64,000 nt of DNA from Ramazzottius varieornatus (Eukaryota > Animalia > Tardigrada). This document shows, piece after piece, positions 62,065-64,000 of this stretch; within the stretch, counting starts at the first letter, position 1; each line of letters opens with the position of its first letter. The translations under genes and the position numbers were made by a program. The DNA lies in assembly GCA_001949185.1 (NCBI GenBank), contig BDGG01000004.1, positions 3,107,267-3,171,266 of the forward strand, given 5' to 3'. Below the pieces are notes generated by a model. It did no database searches. It was not told the DNA's origin and worked only from the letters and a program-made list of their open reading frames with translations.

Positions 62065-64000
62065 TCATTTCTTGCGTCCTCCGCGTTCCTTTTGCTGAAG
62101 ATAGACGACAGCGCCCGGCGTGATGGCGCACGAAGCGATGCTTTGCGTATCTTTCACGTATACTCCCTCAAACTGCACTTTCTGTTTTCCTACTGGCATT
62201 CCCAGTTGATCTTGTATCTTAGTCTTGATATCTGTGACTGTGTCAGTTGGTAGTAGAGTCAAACTCAACATTTGTCCATTCAGCTTCCATTCAGACTTGT
62301 CAGCCACATGAGGAACCTGAACCTTGAAGGTAATCGGTCCTTTGTACAGCTGTAAGAACTCTTCCTCAGCTGCGTTATCCTGCTTCTGCCTTTTTGCTGC
62401 TGGTTCGTCTTCGTCTGAATTCAAAACACAAACACCCCCATAAAAATCAAAGCAAAACAGCGTTTAAAACAGGAAAAAGTTTACCTTCGTCGTCCGGTTC
62501 AGGAAGAGGCGCAGAAATGACAGGTGGTGCCGACGTCTTTGGAAGTAACGGCTGTACAGATGGCAAGAAAGCGGGTGTTGGTGGCAGGAAGCTCATACCC
62601 ATCCCAGGAGGTCGTAACATGGAGGTGGCAGTCGGTGGAGGAGCGAACGAGGGCAACTTTACTGGTGGAGGTGCAGGAACAGAGATGTTGGCTGGTAGGG
62701 AAGGCGGAAGTAAAGGTGCAACAGGTGGTGGTAGTGGCACCGATACCGTTGTCTGAAAAACAAAATAAAACATCTGCGGCTTCAATTCTAAAACTATGGT
62801 CTTTTCATTTCGACATTTTGTACAGGAAAAGACAAGAAAAAATACCTGTGGCCCAATTTTGTCCTTCTCGGGATCAGGTACCAAGCCTTGCGCTTTGGCC
62901 ATCTCGAATTGGTGATTTCGCTGTTCTTCGGGTGTCACATTCTTCGCGGCTTGTCGCATTATCGAGTCAGTCGAACCTACAAAGCCATCCCAGACTACCT
63001 TCCGTTCCTGTTCCTTCGAGGCATCTCCAATTTTGCGACCGATGGAAGTCTCTTCGGCGCCGGAGCCGAAGATATCCGAACGACGTTCGGCTAGCTGCCG
63101 GAGTTGCTGACTGATATCCGATCCAGTAGCCAACGACTGTTCCTGATTCATCTTATCCATGATCTGCCTATCTCTTTGCTGAAGATGCTCTGGATCCAGC
63201 AGGCTATAGCGCAGATGCTCAGACAGCTTCGCAACTGGGACGTTCTCTCCGGTGATCGATGACTTGACCATTTCGTGAGTCTTCGGCGCCACATTAACTG
63301 TTCGAGCACGTGGATCGTACGGCCGGATGATGATATTCCCTGCAAAACAGCAAAGAAGATTGTGAAAAGGTTGATCTTACCTTCATCAATTGGAACTTAA
63401 GGCGGATGATTTGAGTCAGATCGTTTTCCCAAGCTGCGCACGCTGTCAGCTAGTAAAGATGGAAACGTGCGCGACTTCAGACAACGATATGGTTCAATTT
63501 AGCTGCCCACGTCCCGGTTACTATGAATCGAAGTAATGAAAGGGTTTTAAAGTTGGAACGGGAATAAACAGCAGGACTTACCTGGTATAACCGGAGCCAG
63601 GACTGGTGGTGGCATGGATGGCGGCGGTACCGGCATCGGTTGTGGACCTTCCTTTGGTTCTTCCCTCGGAGGACTCTGAGGTGCCATTTCTTCCTCCTCG
63701 ATCTCCATTTCCACCGTAATGTCATCTGCCTCGTGGGCTGGAACTGTAGTCTGTCTGCTCTGTTGTTGCTGCTGTTCCTGTAACATGCGTTCGTAGAGCA
63801 GACTTCGCGCACCCACTTCTTCAGGAGTGGTGGGCGCCGGGAACTCTCCTTCTTCCCACTGCTGGTAGTCGATGGTCTCGACAATCGTGAAGTCATGCCA
63901 GTCAATCTGTGCGTAGGCCACTCTTTCTTTCTCGTTCTCCTCATCTTCACGTTCCTTCTCACGTAGGTCTCGTCGATACCATTCTGCCCTGTATCGTACA
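62065..64000 (-). CDS. SF3A1: Splicing factor 3A subunit 1 (PRP21), 3' part; 5' end outside window
   Basis: VAYAQIDWHDFTIVETIDY; SSITGENVPVAKLSEHLRYSLLDP; LRQLAERRSDIFG...EETSIGRKIG; VVWDGF; C-terminal ubiquitin-like domain EWKLNGQML...GMPVGKQK...ERGGRKK*. Confidence 0.97.

Overview
Gene-dense eukaryotic (invertebrate animal) genomic window with many short (~55-100 nt) spliceosomal introns. The compact architecture would fit a tardigrade-like genome, but that is inference only. Spliced host genes, in order: the 3' part of a CUB-domain surface protein, an FRS2-like PTB adaptor, a FLYWCH + Tc1/IS630-type HTH chimeric protein, an invertebrate RhoGAP, CDC37, RPS23, COPB1, an R-Ras2-like GTPase, MRPS35, MYPT1/PPP1R12 (with a probable internal M20-like short isoform), a small coiled-coil orphan, MTRFR (C12orf65), NADK, MMS22L and the 3' part of SF3A1. 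A ~13 kb transposon island (about 40.4-53.5 kb) lies between the divergent MTRFR and NADK genes. It holds an intron-containing hAT/BED transposase, a decayed Ngaro/DIRS tyrosine-recombinase retroelement, a Tc5/pogo-like element with ~145 bp TIRs, MITEs and (G)TATGATATG-rich sequence. The most striking signal is a 14-bp palindrome GTTGGA-NN-TCCAAC present as 7 tandem doublets (14 copies) across the hAT region: in three transposase introns, in its coding exon, just after its stop codon and in a convergent passenger ORF. All gene models were spliced by hand and no database search was run.
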